This document shows positions 36,901 to 50,709 of a stretch of 64,000 bases of DNA, in pieces. The notes beneath the pieces are model-generated. The model was not told the origin of the DNA and did no database searches. It was given only the letters and a program-made list of their open reading frames with translations. Source of the stretch: Callorhinchus milii (taxonomy: Eukaryota). The translations under genes were made by a program, and so were the position numbers. The stretch covers positions 64,420,001 to 64,484,000 of the forward strand of contig NW_024704743.1 in NCBI RefSeq assembly GCF_018977255.1. Direction: 5' to 3'. The first letter of the stretch is position 1; each line of letters opens with the position of its first letter.

Positions 36901-38239
36901 CCTTGTTATAGATAGCCCCATTGCCTCCTCCCTTCCCCTCAGCTGAGAATGTTTCAGAAAGAGCTGTAAATGATAAGGGTTTAACAGCACAATGTTTAGG
37001 AGTCAACTATTTTACAATGTTGAGAGTAAAGTGTGCAGTTTGTCCTGGGATAAAACTTTAGAATCTAGATTCTGAATTTTCAGGATGTTTGTCCTTGTTG
37101 TATCTGACAGTGATGATGTGTCAGTAGAGCTCAGTTGATAACACACTTAGCTCCTAGTGGGCTGGAGTCCTAGCCAGCAATCCTAGAGTCTAGATTAATG
37201 GGTCATTCACATTATTGTTTTTTACGGGACTTTACTGTCATGTTTGTCTTCCAAAATGGGCTCTATATTTTACGGTAATTACTTGGGAAACAAGCTGAGA
37301 CATTTCAATGTGAGAAGGTCTTATAAAAATGCAATCTCTTTCTCTGCTGCACTTTGGATCTGATTCAATTTCAAGGGTCCGAAATTTCAGGCCCAGCTCT
37401 TCGTGAGCTTGTGAGTTTAGAATTGGAAACTGCTTTAAGCTGTGATCACAATTGGTCTTAACAACTGATGAAAGTGAACAGTTCAATGTATTTGCCGTTA
37501 AGGGCGAGCTGTCATTGATCACTGCTCCTCCCTTAGCCATTAAAATGAGATTAAAATGAATGAGCTGAGACATTATGGAACCAACCTGAAATTGTTTTAA
37601 GTCGTACATGTCTCTTGTGGGTGAGAGAAGGTTATTAAGATAATGTTTAGTTTGTCTATCAAATCAAAACCAAATCCCCTCAACTGGCCAAACTGAGTTG
37701 AATAGAGACCACAAAGTAACTTGTTTGATGCTATTTTGACATGCAAATAACCATGCATACATTGAACTATTTCAATTTGTGGTCTGCTTTGGGTTACTAT
37801 TTCATCTGACAGTAAAACGTGCACAAGTACTATTTACGTGTATGGGTACAGAGGATGGACACTCTATGGAGTGTTTCACAGAAACTATAGGTGTGATCTT
37901 CTGAACCTTATCCTGCATACATACCTACCTAATAACTTGTTTGCTTACCAAACAAATGGTCACCACACTTTATTGCATTTCCTGTGAAGCTCTTTGAGAT
38001 GTCTTCCCGACATGATAGGCACTATATTAAACGTAAGAATTATTAAGGATTATTATTTTAAACCATATGTTATATATCCTGACCTAAAAGCTTAGTGTAA
38101 ATCTTTACATTGAATATAGGTCTGTACTATCAACTCAAAAATGTGCAAGGATGATAACATGCGAAATAAGTGAATTTCTCTTTATTCACACTGAATAGCA
38201 GTTCCATCCAGAGACATTTCTTGGGGAATAACATTACAT

Positions 38240-38500
38240 AGAATTACATTACATAGGCTCTACAGGCCTATTCGGTTCAATTAGCCCATGCTAATGTTTA
38301 AACTCCACAGGAACCTCCGCCCATCCTAATTCCCTCCCTTTTTCCCTCCCATAATCCCTCTATTCCTTTTTCCTTTGTATTAAATGTTTTGATGTTTAAC
38401 CACAGCTTTTGGCAGCGTGTTTCACATTCTTACCACGCTCCATGTAAAGAAGTTCTTCTTGAACTTTCTTTTAGATCTGCTAGTGCCTATGTTATATTTT
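38240..38500 (-). mobile_element. CR1 3' fragment
   Basis: acaggcctattcggttcaa..., cacattcttaccacgctc..aagaagttc. Confidence 0.7.
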
Positions 38501-38850
38501 CTTTTTGAATAGAATTTCTATGAGGGAACTTGAATGCAGATTACTTCTGCACTGCGCCCCCCCCCAACCCCACTCTGTCCCATCCTGTCTTTCATCTCCT
38601 TCGTAAATCTCTCCACAGTCTCATCCCACTCTATCTCTGTGACCTCCTATTGATCCAGTGGTTGCCTTTGCTCAGCAAACACCACCCTGCTTGATGGCCC
38701 AGCCATAACTGCCCCACCATTGGTGGCCAGGCTTTCAGCCACTGTGCCCCGCTCTCTGTACTGTATTATACTGTATGGTATAACATACATTGATTCACAG
38801 GAGCACTGAGTACGACATTTTCTCCCAGACATTAGGGATTGTACAACCCT

Positions 38851-38875
38851 GAGAGAGAGAGAGAGAGAGAGAGAG
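38851..38875. repeat. (GA)n microsatellite
   Basis: gagagagagagagagagagagagag. Confidence 0.95.
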
Positions 38876-39769
38876 CTCCTTTGAGTTGTGAAGATTCATT
38901 TGTGTTTAATAATAAAAACTGCAATTCTGAATTTTAACTGAGTCAAACAAATTATTTGCAGAACATCTGAATTTTGGTGCAATACAGACCAATTTGATTA
39001 GGAATTCAGGCTTAGTATTAACAGGCACTAGTGAAAAGAACCTTCAAGTCTATGTCTTTCTGATGGATTGGTACACGTCTTTAAACTGAAGGAGAGTGAC
39101 TGAGCACCACATTTTAATTAGGCGACTGAACCCAACAGAATGAAATAAAGCATCCTGATCTAAGTCCACTACAGACACAAAAATAGGCAAACATATTTTA
39201 TCAATGTTCTTTTATAATTCAGTCCCTTTTGATCCTGATTTTTTTGTATTATTGATTGTGTCACAGCATTAACTAAAATATCTGAAAAGTTTGCTGCGAG
39301 AATAAGTTTTTTTATGTGGTTGTATACATATCTATATCTTCTGGGAAACTGACTGTCTACAGATGTGGAACCCCTTCCCATAGTTCCACCTGCCGAGACC
39401 GTACTGCTGCAATTTTGAAGAGTGTAGTCCCTCAGGTTGGGGAGAGAGAGAGGAATATATTCTTTTTCAGCTTCCCAGTACCTGTAAAACATGGGCACAG
39501 ATTGGCAAAAAACAAGGTAATAGGTAATTCACCCACCACCATGCTTTGGAGTATTGGGGACCTGCCTGGCTCAGAATAAGTTCACTGCAGAGGGTTGTCT
39601 CAGCTCCACTCTCCTGTGGTTATTTTCCGGGGTGGGAGGGGAGGGAGGGGAGGTAAGCAGGGTCTCCTTGGAGCTGAAATGACTTCAAGGTGCCATGCTT
39701 GACAATTCAATGTTGGAATTGAGCCAGCTGTCTGTGGCGGTCTATAGTCCAGTTCCTGAATCAATTGGG

Positions 39770-40236
39770 TTTGCAATACTCCAGGGCACACAACCAGCCT
39801 GGCTCATCGGCAGGACCTGGATGGGCAGACCAGTCACCGGAGGCAGGGAATCATCTCCATGTGCCCCTGTTAACCCTGCAAGCCAAAGCCCAAATGGGTA
39901 GGGTGGTCCTTGCTGGACAAGTAGTGGGAAAGCTTGGCAGGCAGTGTTCTCAATGGCAAGCTATCAATTTTAGCTGGTTAGACTTTAGCAGCACCCCAAC
40001 GCACACCCTGGGATCCCCAAGCCTTGGCTCTTGCCAACCTGCCCTAATACTTTCCGGAATTAGGTAAGCAGGATGTGTCCCTCCAGGAAGAGAATGCGTA
40101 TTCCATTCCAACAATCTATCTCTGGTATTTCCATGTGTAGATGGGATGTATGGAATTCTCAGCTTGGTTCGGATACTCTTAAGCACGGTAATGGGTTTCC
40201 ACATGTGCCAGACACCCGGCTGACCAAAAATAAATC
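39770..40236. mobile_element. Second member of the long-TIR family (internal part + one TIR)
   Basis: ~39970-40236 aligns with ~6940-7170, ending cagacacccggctgaccaaaaataaat. Confidence 0.7.
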
Positions 40237-40914
40237 TCTCCCTTTGCCATAGGGTCAGCTCTATTCCAGAGAGATCCCTCTCCTCGCCCTCTCCTCACAC
40301 TGGGGAGTCACACATTAGTTATCAAACAACTGACAAGTGCAGGTTTGAGCACTCGCTGCATGGATAATTAAATTCACCAGCTCCTCCTATGCAGTATGTT
40401 GAGCTACAACTGTTATTAAATATTTGAGTGCAATGCTACCATCCTCCAGAGCACAGACAGTAATTTTTCAGAAATAAAGTAAAATATTTTGCGGGGTAAA
40501 ACTCTCAACAAAAATTCACTGGAAAGAAAGGCCAAAAGGTTTCATTCAGAAGAATAAAGCTGGCAATTTAGCTGATAAGTAAGTGTAGATAATACATACA
40601 GGCTTTTACGTTTGTTTTTTACACAAATAATCTCGTTTTATAGTGTGTGCACACATCGGGTCATATCTGATTTTAATTCTATGGTTGTTATGTTGAATTT
40701 ATTCAGGTTATAAATTGCCCCTCAGGCTTATCTGGAAATGTTACCATGGTCAAAAGGACAACATACATAATTTATATGGCTGAACAAAAAAAACCAAATG
40801 TTTTTAATCTCCTGAGGGCTACTTCTGCAAAATGTAGACCCATAGAAACCTTGTTCTGTCATTTTTTAGATCATGACAGACTTTTTAATCTCATTTCCCA
40901 GCCTTTTCTCCAGA

Positions 40915-41272
40915 AGGTATAAGCCCCACGTCAGGACTCTTAGCACATTGTCTTGGCTGCCTCTCCAGTGCCGTGCTGGGGGAGTACAGCAGAGGCCCCA
41001 TGTTTTGGATGAGACATTAAACTGTTGGTAATCTGTTTGTTTAGCTGGATGTTAAAGATCTCATGGCACTATTCAAAAAAAAAAGGATGTTTCTCTCGGT
41101 GTCCTGGCCAACAATCCCCCAAATAAAATTGGCGATTTATTTCATGGCTGTTTGAGGGAAATTCCTGTGTGCATATTGGCTGCTGCTTTAACTGGAAATG
41201 CACATTATAGTAAATCCTTTGAGCTAATTTTAAATGTTTCAACGACATAAGGATGTAAGGATTACTATTATT
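40915..41272 (+). mobile_element. SINE family B
   Basis: cagaagg..aagccccac, ggatgagacattaaac, gttaaagatctcatggcact, tail. Confidence 0.8.
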
Positions 41273-41378
41273 ATCATCCCTCAATACCCTTACTTACCAG
41301 ATGGCTATCTACCACTCTTTAAAAATCCCAATTGCTTCTGTATCTTGTTTTTTTTGGTGCAGCATATTCCAAATTCTC

Positions 41379-42030
41379 ATAATAATAATCCTTGCATTTG
41401 ATATAGTACCTTATCATATCGTTGAGATGTCTCAAAGCGTTTCACAGGATACACTGTAAACAACAACAACAACAACAACAAGATTCCATTTATAAAGCGC
41501 CTTTCACGTCGAGAGGACGTCCCAAGGCGCTGGACAGTTGGGTCAGGACCCGAGCAGAGGGGAAATGGTCAGGGTGAGGGGAGGGAAGGGAGGGAGCGAG
41601 GAGGGGGTAGAGAGTCGAGAGAGGAGCTGAAGGCACGGTCAAAGAGAAAGGTCTTGAGACCGGCCTTGAAGGAGGAAAGGGAGGAGGCGGCGAAGGCATT
41701 GGGGGATAGAGCTCCAGAGCCTCGGGGCTGAGAGGCTGAAGGCCCGGCCACCGATGGTAGGGCGGTTGGGGCGGGGAATGAGGAGCAGACCGGAGCCAGA
41801 GGAACGGAGGGTACGGGCAGGTAGGGGGATTGTAGGTCAGAGGTAGGAGGGAGCGAGGCCATGAATGGCCTTGTAGTGCCATGAGATCTTTAGCATCCAG
41901 CTATGTATTTTACGGGCAAAATGCGACAGCCAGTTGTGCACAGCAATGTCCCACAAATAGCCATGGAGTGAGTGACCAATTTTATTTAGAGGATTTATTT
42001 GCAAGAGCACCAGGAGAGAGAAGCTCCCTT
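41379..42030 (-). mobile_element. Deu-type SINE interrupted by a young L2 fragment
   Basis: Tail 41379-41460; body resumes at ~41904. Confidence 0.8.
41461..41876 (-). mobile_element. Young L2 3' fragment nested in a SINE
   Basis: (CAA)n tail, near-identical to the 3' end of the long L2. Confidence 0.95.
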
Positions 42031-42368
42031 TTCTTTTTGTAACGCTTTGTGTGTTGAACTATTTTTGAGTCTCAATTCTAGCTAAGTGTTTATTCAGTCC
42101 TTTTCTGAAGGAGTGAATTGACACACTACTAAGAGCTTTTGGAGGGAATTCTTTGATGTATCCACTTTCTGTGTGTGTGGCTGCATTTAATTCTGGTTGT
42201 TGGAAGGTTGTTTATTGGACACTCAAATCCTCTAGTTGTGCCATCTATGGGATTGATGAAGCACTCAAGCAGCATAAGCATAGCAAAGCATGCTGAAGTA
42301 AGCTGCATTTTCTGCAGAATAAATGCTTCATTCCAACAAACCTTAGTTCTGGGTGAAATCTCCCGTTA

Positions 42369-42728
42369 TAATAATCCTAGCATTTGATATAGAGCCTTAT
42401 CTTCGAGAAGTCTCAAAGCGCTTCACAGAATATACTGTAAAGTAAGCTGACTGTATATTTTGTGGGCAAAACATGGCGGCTAATTATGCTCAGCAGTGTT
42501 CCACAAACAGTGACCACATTTTAAAAAAAAAGGAATTATTACCCCCGGAAAAACAAAATATATAAGCGATCCACCAATCGACTAACAACCGGGTGCCTAC
42601 TTCCTGCTAGGTAAACAGAGGCAAGTGGAGTAAGGAAACTGGCTGAACGTTTCGCCTTGCCTGGGAATCAAACCCAGGACCTGTCTCTTGCGAGGTAAGT
42701 GTTCTAACCACTGAGCTACAGGACTCCA
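42369..42728 (-). mobile_element. SINE family A long subfamily, full length
   Basis: Tail, Deu body, ctgctaggtaaacagagg, head ending ctacaggactcca. Confidence 0.9.
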
Positions 42729-43464
42729 GGTTGAGGCAAGGTCTCACCAGTTAAAGTAGCAGAAGCAAGTTTCCCTGCAGAAAACACGGTTTAATATCTA
42801 TGAGTCAGTTAAGCTGTTTGAGTGCTTTTCGAACCCCAAAGTTGCCATTGGTGTGGCATTACTGTGACACAGGTCTATCATATAAACAATCACAAGAACT
42901 AACTATCCCTAAATCTTTAACAATGGAATTTCCCATTATAGTGACACAGAGAGAAGATTGCTGTCTTCAGCAGTGAACATCAGTAAAGCACAATAAAGTC
43001 AATTTTTGTTAAGTTCAACTGCATTTCTTATTTGAAAACGTTCCAAAGAAGTTGAAAAAGTTTCCAAAGAAGCACCAGTGAGGCGATTAAAAAAATAGAA
43101 AAAAAATCCCAGAGATTTGGGATGTTCACTTTGATAAGAAATGTCTGGATTTGTCAAGAATAATATGAATCCGTAACTATATTAGAAACATATTAAACTG
43201 CCATAAGATACTAATAAATAATGCATTCTCAAGATAGTTATGCACGAAAAACTCTAGAAGGATGAATTAATTGCTAATCGGCTGCTATTTTTGAAAAAAA
43301 GATCTGAAAACGGATTTATTTAACTATCAAGTGTTTTATATCAATACTAATGTGTGTGCTGTTGCCTGTATAGCTTTGTATGTCACCAATCCACATAAAT
43401 TGCAATCTTAGGAGAAAGCAGCTATGAAAGGTTTTCAAAATACTTGTGTGGTAGTTTGCAGTAC

Positions 43465-44640
43465 AGTGCCCCCATCCTTTGGAACTCCATCCCACATTCC
43501 CTTCGCCTCGCTCCCTTCCTTGCCTCCTTCAAGGCAAGACCCTCCTCTTCGACTGCGCCATCACCACCCTTCTATCCTCCCTGCCCTCGACCCCGTCCCC
43601 CACTCACGTCCAAACCCCTGACTGTCCAGCACTTTGGGACCTTCTCCTGACATGACAAAGGCTATACAAATCTAATTTTGTATTGTATTTATTTCCTTAA
43701 TTCTGGAGTTAACTTCCACATGTATGTGATGCCACTCAACTCTACCTCTCTGCCTCCACCCTCAACTCCAGGACCCCTGCTGTTCTGACAGAGTGTCTGT
43801 GTCTGACAGACGTCAAGTCCTGGATGAGAGCCAACTTTCTACAGTTAAGTGTCGACAAGACTGAGGCCCTCCTTCTTGGCTCCTGTTAGTGCCTCCACAC
43901 CTCAGGCGCTGACAGCATCACCATCCATGGATGCACACTACCTCACCGAGCCAGTATGGAACCTTGGTATCTTGTTTGACTCTCAACTGTTCTTTACACC
44001 CCCCTATCTGTGCCATGACCCATTCTGCCTTTCCCCCACCTCTGCAACATAGCCCAGCTCCGTCACTGCCTCTCCTCTCAGGCCTCTGAGACGTTCATCC
44101 ATGCCTTCATTGTGTCTAGGCTCAACTATGCTAACTTCCTGCTCTTCAGACTTCCCAACTCTTCCCTCCACAAGCTGCAGTCTATTCAGAACTCTGCAGC
44201 TCCTGTCCTTTCCTGCACCAAAGCTCCATGAGCCAATCACCCTTTCCTTGCTCGGCTTCAATGCTCTCTATTCGCCAGAGGATCAAGTTTAAGATCTTAC
44301 TAACACCTTAAAAATCTTCTTTCTCCCTCTGCTTGGCGGACACTAGTTTGCTCCATGCCCCTCACCCTGCCCACACTACTATTGGCTGTCGGACATTCAG
44401 CCATTCAACCCTCTGAAACTCTGGAATCCCTTTACCTTGCCCCCTCCCTTGCCTCCTTCAAGGCCCATCTTAAAAATCTTTAGCTTTGACCGTACCTTTG
44501 GTCATCCTTTACTCCTATCCCCTTGGCCCACACCCCTCTTAATAACTACCCCAGGCTGGAGTGCAAACCCTTGACTGTCCAGCATCATGGGAAGTTATCC
44601 CAATGTGAAAGGTGCTTTATAAATGAAATTTGTTCTTGTG
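43465..44640 (+). mobile_element. Two adjacent old L2 3' fragments (43465-43690 and 43703-44640)
   Basis: LWNSIPHSLRLAPFLASFK with tail; then ggagttaacttccacatgtatg (GVNFHMY) through to a second tail. Confidence 0.88.
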
Positions 44641-45072
44641 TAAAGCAAATGATCATTTTTCACGTCTGGCATGCACTATATATTTTTCAGTTTACTGGCA
44701 GAAAGGGCAGATTGCAAGGAATTCCATTATAATTTTATAGATATAAAAGGATATAAGACCTGAAATTACACCTGGTTTTGGCTTGTTAAGATCATTCTGG
44801 CCAATTTTATGCATAATTGTGGACAATTCTTAAATTAAGCCTTTATTTGGAGGCTTCTTTTTCCTATTCTTTAAAAGATTAGTCTACAGACTGATAAATT
44901 TAAGAATTTTCCACTCTCTGGTCTTAAATTATAAGACAAAATAGCCTTCTCGGCTAATACTAGAAGAGACTTCAGGCCAAATAATTTCCAAATTCTTAAT
45001 TTGAAAAATGAAGTACACCCTCAGCACTGTATTAGAGTATCAGAGTTCAAAGTCAAGATATGGGACTTGTAC

Positions 45073-46813
45073 GTTAGAATATATTAGAATATACAGCACT
45101 GAAACAGGCTACTCGGCCCAACTGGTCTATGCCGATGTTTACGATCCACATGAGCCTCCTCCTGCCCTTCCTCAACTAGCATAACCTTCTATTCCTTTCT
45201 CCCTCATGTACCTATATAGCTTTCCCTTAAATACATCTATGCTATTTGCCTCAACAACTCCTTGTGGTAGCATGTTTCACATTCCCACTACTCTCTGTGT
45301 GAAGAAATTTCTTCTAACTTCCCTATCTGATCTATTTGAGCCTATTTTATATTGATGGCCCTGGTTTTGGTCTCCCCCACAAGTGGAAACATCTTCCCTA
45401 TGTCTACCCTATCAAAACCTTTCATCATTTTAAAGACCTCTATCAGGCCACCCCTTACCCTCCTCTTTTCAAGAGAGGTATAACCTCTCAGTTCTGGGAT
45501 CATCCTTGTGAATCTCCTTTGCACCCTCTCCAGTGTCTCTCCATCCCTTCTATAATGTGGGGACCAGAACTGCACACAGTATTCTAAGTGTAGTCTAACC
45601 AAGGGTCTATAGCAGTTTACCATAATGTCCCTGCTTTTCATTTCTATCCCTCTAGAAATGAACCCCAATGTCTGGTTTGCCTTTTTTATGGTCTCATTAA
45701 CCTGCATTGCTACTTTTAGTGAATTGTATATGTGTGCCCCTAGGTCCCTTTGCTCCTCTACCCCATTTAGGTTTTTATTTTCCAGAATATATGTGACTTC
45801 CTTATTCCTTCTACCAAAATCTACCACCTCACACTTCTCTACATTGAAATACATTTGCCATTTAAATGCCCATTCAGCAAGTTTATTAATGTTTTGCTGT
45901 AATTTGTTGCAGTCCTCCTCTATATTAACTGCTCCCTCTAACTTGGTGTCATCCGCAAATTTTGAAATTGTACTGCTGATTCCGGAGTCTAAATCATTAA
46001 ATATATATTGTGAACAGCAGTGATCCCAATACCGATCTTGTGGAACACCACTGCCCATCCCCTGCCAGTCTGAGTAGCTACCCTTCACCCCTACTCCCTG
46101 TTTTCTGTTTTGCAGTCAGCTTGCTACCCATTCTGCTATTTTTCTCCTGACCCCACATGCTCTGACTTTATTCATTAGTCTATTACGTGGTACCTTATCG
46201 AACGCCTTTTGGAAATTTAAAAATATTACATCTACTGCATTATATTGTCTCCTCTTTCTGTTACCCCTTCAAAGAATTCAATGAGGTTGGTCAAGCATGA
46301 CCTTCCTTTTTGAAATCCGTGCCGACTATTCTTTATCATGTTTTCCGTTTCTAGATGTTTTTCGATTACCTCCTTCAGTAAGGATTCCATTATCTTTCCT
46401 ACCAACGATGTTAAGCTGACAGGTCTATAGTTCCCTGGGCTTGTTCTATCTCCCTTTTTAAATATAGGTATAACATTAGCTATCCTCCAGTCCTCTGGCA
46501 CTACTCCCTTTTCTAATGAGTTATTATATATATGTAATAGTGCCTCTGCTATCTCTTCCCTCGATTCTTTCAATATACGCGGATGCAATCCATCTGGACC
46601 AGGGGTTTTATCCTCTCTGAGTTTCATTAGTTTTTCGATTATATCTCCCCTTTGTATCTTAAATATATTTATATTATTTTCGATCTCTTCTTCTACTGTC
46701 ATGTCCACTTGATCTGTATCCCTGGTGAATACAGAGGCAAAGTCATTATTTAATATTTCTGCCAATTCGCTATCGTGGCCTGTGAGCTTATCTTGTCTAT
46801 CCCTTAGTGGCCT
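45073..46813 (-). mobile_element. CR1 LINE, 5'-truncated (second subfamily)
   Basis: KTPGPDGLHPRILKE, NYRPVSLTS, HGFQKGRSCLTNLIEFFE, KFADDTKL, LEYCVQFWSP; frameshifted. Confidence 0.95.
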
Positions 46814-47284
46814 ACAATTTTCTGACTAAATGCTACCATCCAAACCAAGCTCAGGAGATAATCAATGTTAGATTCTAAATAAGTTGAAAGATAAAATATT
46901 AAATTTACTAGTAGTTTATTCAACCATTATTTCGATACACATTAAATTTGTAACAATTTGCATTATTTATATAACTTTGAATTTGATTTTGGACTAATTC
47001 CTAAAGCCATTAAGTGTTTCTAGTAAATGTTTTTTTAATTTACATTTTGCAACATTTACATGAATCTTATGCAAATTGTTTTACAGTGAATTACAGAAGA
47101 AGCAATGATTTCTAAATGCTTATTGTGTTACTGAAATGCATTGAGTTGAAGTCTAGGCATTGAAACAAAGGTTTTGATTTGTTTTGGCTTCCAAACATAG
47201 GTTAGTCCATTTCCAGCGACATTCACACTAATAGATTCATCTCCTTGGAGCTGAACTGACTGCAAGGTGACATGTTTGACAACA

Positions 47285-48440
47285 AATACAACAACAACAA
47301 CAAGATTACATTTGTATAGCGCCTTTCACGTCGGGAAGATATCCCATGGTGCTGGACAGAGAACAGCATTTCAAGCTCGAGCTGGGGTCAGGGGGAGGGC
47401 AGGGGAAGGGGAGTGGCCGATGGCATGGTCGAAGAGGAGGGTTTTGAGGTGGGACTTGAAGGAGGCTAAGGAGGAGGCAAGGCGGAGTGACTGGGGGATG
47501 GAATTCCAAAGCTTGGGGGCAAAGTGGCTGAAGGCTCTCCCGCCAGTGGTGGGGTGGGTGGGTCGGGGGACATGGAGCAGGCCAGAACTGGCTGAGTGAA
47601 GGGAACGGGCGGGTTGGTAGGGGGTTAGCAGGTTGCAGCGGTAGGGTGGGGCGAGGCCATGGAGGGCTTTGTATGTGAGGACCAGGATTTTGAACTGGAT
47701 CCTCTGAAGGATAGGGAGCCAATGGAGTCGGGCAAGAGTGGGGAGATAAGGTCACAGAGTTTGGTGCGGGAGGGACTCGGGCTGCAGAGTTCTGGATTAT
47801 CTGCCACCTGTGGAAGGAGGAGTTGGGAAGGCCGACAAGCAGGGCGTTTGCATAGTCGAGCCTGGATTTGATGAAGGCATGAACAAGAGTTTCAGCGGCC
47901 TGAGGGTGAGGTAGTGGTGGAGTCGGGCAATGTTACGGAGGTGAGGGAAGGTAGAGCGGGTCATGGCTTGGATGTGGGGGAGAAAAGACAGTTGAGGGTT
48001 GAACAAGACACCAGGTCCCTGACTGGCTGGTGAGTTGATGTGCAACCATGGAGGTTGATGCTGCCAGAGCCTGAGGTGCTGAGGCGCTGGCACGAGCCAA
48101 TCAGGAGGGCCTCAGTCTTGTTCACATTCAACTGTAGGAAGTTTGCCCTCATCCAGAACTTGATATCCGACAGACAGTCTGTCAGGACAGCAGTGGTCCT
48201 GGAGTTGAGGGTGGAGGCAGAAAGATAGAATTGGGTGTCATCCGCATATATAGGAAGTTGACCCCATATCAGCGGATGATGTCACCACGGGGGAGCATAT
48301 AGATATTAAAGAGGAGAGGGCCAAGGACAGAGCCCTGGGGGACCCCAGACGTGACAGTTCGGGGGCTGGAGGAGAAACCGTGAGAGTCAACGAAATGGAG
48401 ATGGTGAGAGAGCTAGGAATTGAACCAGCAAAGGGCAGGT
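47285..48440 (-). mobile_element. L2 3' fragment (~1.15 kb)
   Basis: (caa)n tail, in-frame WNSIPQSLRLASSLASFKSHLKTLLFDHA, YADDTQ region. Confidence 0.92.
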
Positions 48441-49223
48441 TTAACATTGATGAGTTGGCAGTGGCATAGAGACACTGGCTCTCATTTTTAAAATGAATGT
48501 TTTTAGTTTACGAAGGGCAAAATGGATTTTTGGAATCCACAATTGGCAGAAGAGACAGGGTAAGAACAGGGTCATGATCAAATCTATTAGAATTGGAAGA
48601 GAAAAATAAATCTTTGCAGAATCTTTTCTCCGATTGTGAATAAGTAAATTGGGTAAAATTCTTGGCTGTTCGGGTTTTACATAGTCTTTAGAAGGCACAG
48701 GCTCCAGTCTTTCTTTTGTCTTTCTACAGTAAAACTTGCATAAATCTTACCTTTATAAATTGCATATTCATACAGGCACACAAGTTCCATTCAGTTTCCT
48801 ATCAAAACCATTTTGATTTCTTTGTACTAGTTATATTAATCAACTCCTAACTCGTAACACTGTTCCCCTATCCTCCATTACGCCCACACCCATTGACTGG
48901 TTGACTTACCAACAAACTGCTTGGAATCATTGGAAACATAGTCTTGAAACGTGCGCAGAAAAATTTAATTTCCCACAATTTAATATGATTCCAACGCTTA
49001 CCAGTAAGTGTGCATGCGACGACAGATGAAGACGCATAGAATTGCAGGAAATGTAGTCTTGACACACTTACCGGCTGCAGTGACGAAGTACCGCATGTGC
49101 ATTTACCGGCTGCATTGAATTACTATTGCACAGTGTAGATTATTGATTAAATTGATTTTTTTATGATTTATACAAGTATGCCTTCAACTTGGACATAACA
49201 TAATTCATATTAAGTGTTGTGGT

Positions 49224-49335
49224 CACTGTTCCCTCTAAGCTATGTGTGTTTGCAGCCGCCCAGCAGTCTGTTGTATTCCACGCACNTTTTTTTTACAGAG
49301 GTGATCATTGCCTTTAAAAATTAGAGGGAACATAG
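49224..49335. mobile_element. hAT-type MITE (112 bp) with perfect 8-bp TSD
   Basis: TIRs CACTGTTCCCTCTAA / TTAGAGGGAACATAG; GTTGTGGT at both 49216-49223 and 49336-49343. Confidence 0.9.
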
Positions 49336-49544
49336 GTTGTGGTCCCAACTAATATGACTTATGTGAGTTTTATTGTATTAATAGAGACACATTGTCATTT
49401 TATAGGCAAGATTGTTTCAATATGTTCATCAAAAGTCTTTGAGTAGCTTAAAATCACAAAAGATAACATCCATACTTAGGAAGAAGAAAGAACTTATATA
49501 TTTATAGAACCTTATCATATCAGATCTTCTCAAAAGAGCTTTTT

Positions 49545-49965
49545 GTGTCAGCTTGGCTCGGTTGGTAGGACTCTTACCTCTGAATCAGAAGATTGTGAGC
49601 TCAAGCCCTATATTGAGAATTTAAACTCATAATCTAGCCGGATTCTTCAGTACTGTCCTGGGGAAGTGTATTGTTGGGAGTTGCTGTACTTTAAATGAGA
49701 TGTTAAACCAAGCTCCCACCTACCAGTTGAGGTGGACGTGAAAATATCTCATGACATTATTTGAAAATTGAAGGGAGTTTCTCTTGGTATCTGCACCAAC
49801 GATCACCCAAATAATAATTGATCATTCATGAGTTTTTGTAGGACATTGTATGCAAATTGTCTGCTATGTTCGCCCACAAAATATACAATCACTGCACCTT
49901 ACATACTGTAAAGTGCTTTGAGACATTCTTCTGACATGATAGGCTCCACATCAAATGCAAGGATC
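49545..49965 (+). mobile_element. SINE family B, full length, diverged
   Basis: gtgtcagcttggctcggttggtag head through atcaaatgcaaggat tail. Confidence 0.85.
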
Positions 49966-50709
49966 TTTAAAGCCCATCTGATGAATGGGCAGACATGTAA
50001 CCTTCTATGTCTTTCTATGTGTATTAGCCACTCTACGGTTGGAGTATAATTATTGCAGTACAGTTACCCATTGTACAATAATCATTTTAAACATGGCTGG
50101 GTCCCACCACTTAGGCCGATATATAAACATGAATGTCAATGCTCAGTCTTCCTCAGGCAATTATCTGTTTTGTTTTATGCTGTCCATCTGTTCATTTCTG
50201 CTCGTAACATTGAGTATCTTATTCCAAATTGGATGGTATAAATAGAATTACTCTTAATTGTGTTGAATCAACTATCATGGCCATTGTGAAAGATTCAATT
50301 GGTCAAAGACCAAATTGCCATTTCTTATATTACAATTTTGTTATTTGTGTTTCTCTGCAACTGAGTTTCATGTATAAGGATGAAATGTAAATCTCTGTTC
50401 CATGGGAGAGAAATATAAAGAGGTCATTCACTTAAGGTCTGTTTATATAATGATGCTTCTGGCTTTTATAAATATATAAAAAGTCATATTAAGAAAACAA
50501 CATTATTAAAATGTACTCAACCAAACGCAATTCAGAAAGTTTCCCCGGGCAGTGCTCTTTCATCACTTTGCACAAGCTTTCTGCACAAATCTGATGCATG
50601 ATCAGACAAATCAGCGTGTATCTTCTGTCGGGAGATTAGAGAACTGAAAAGTTTTTAGCTAACACGCTTGAAGGAGCTATATAAAAAAGTTAGCTACTAC
50701 TTATGGTAA

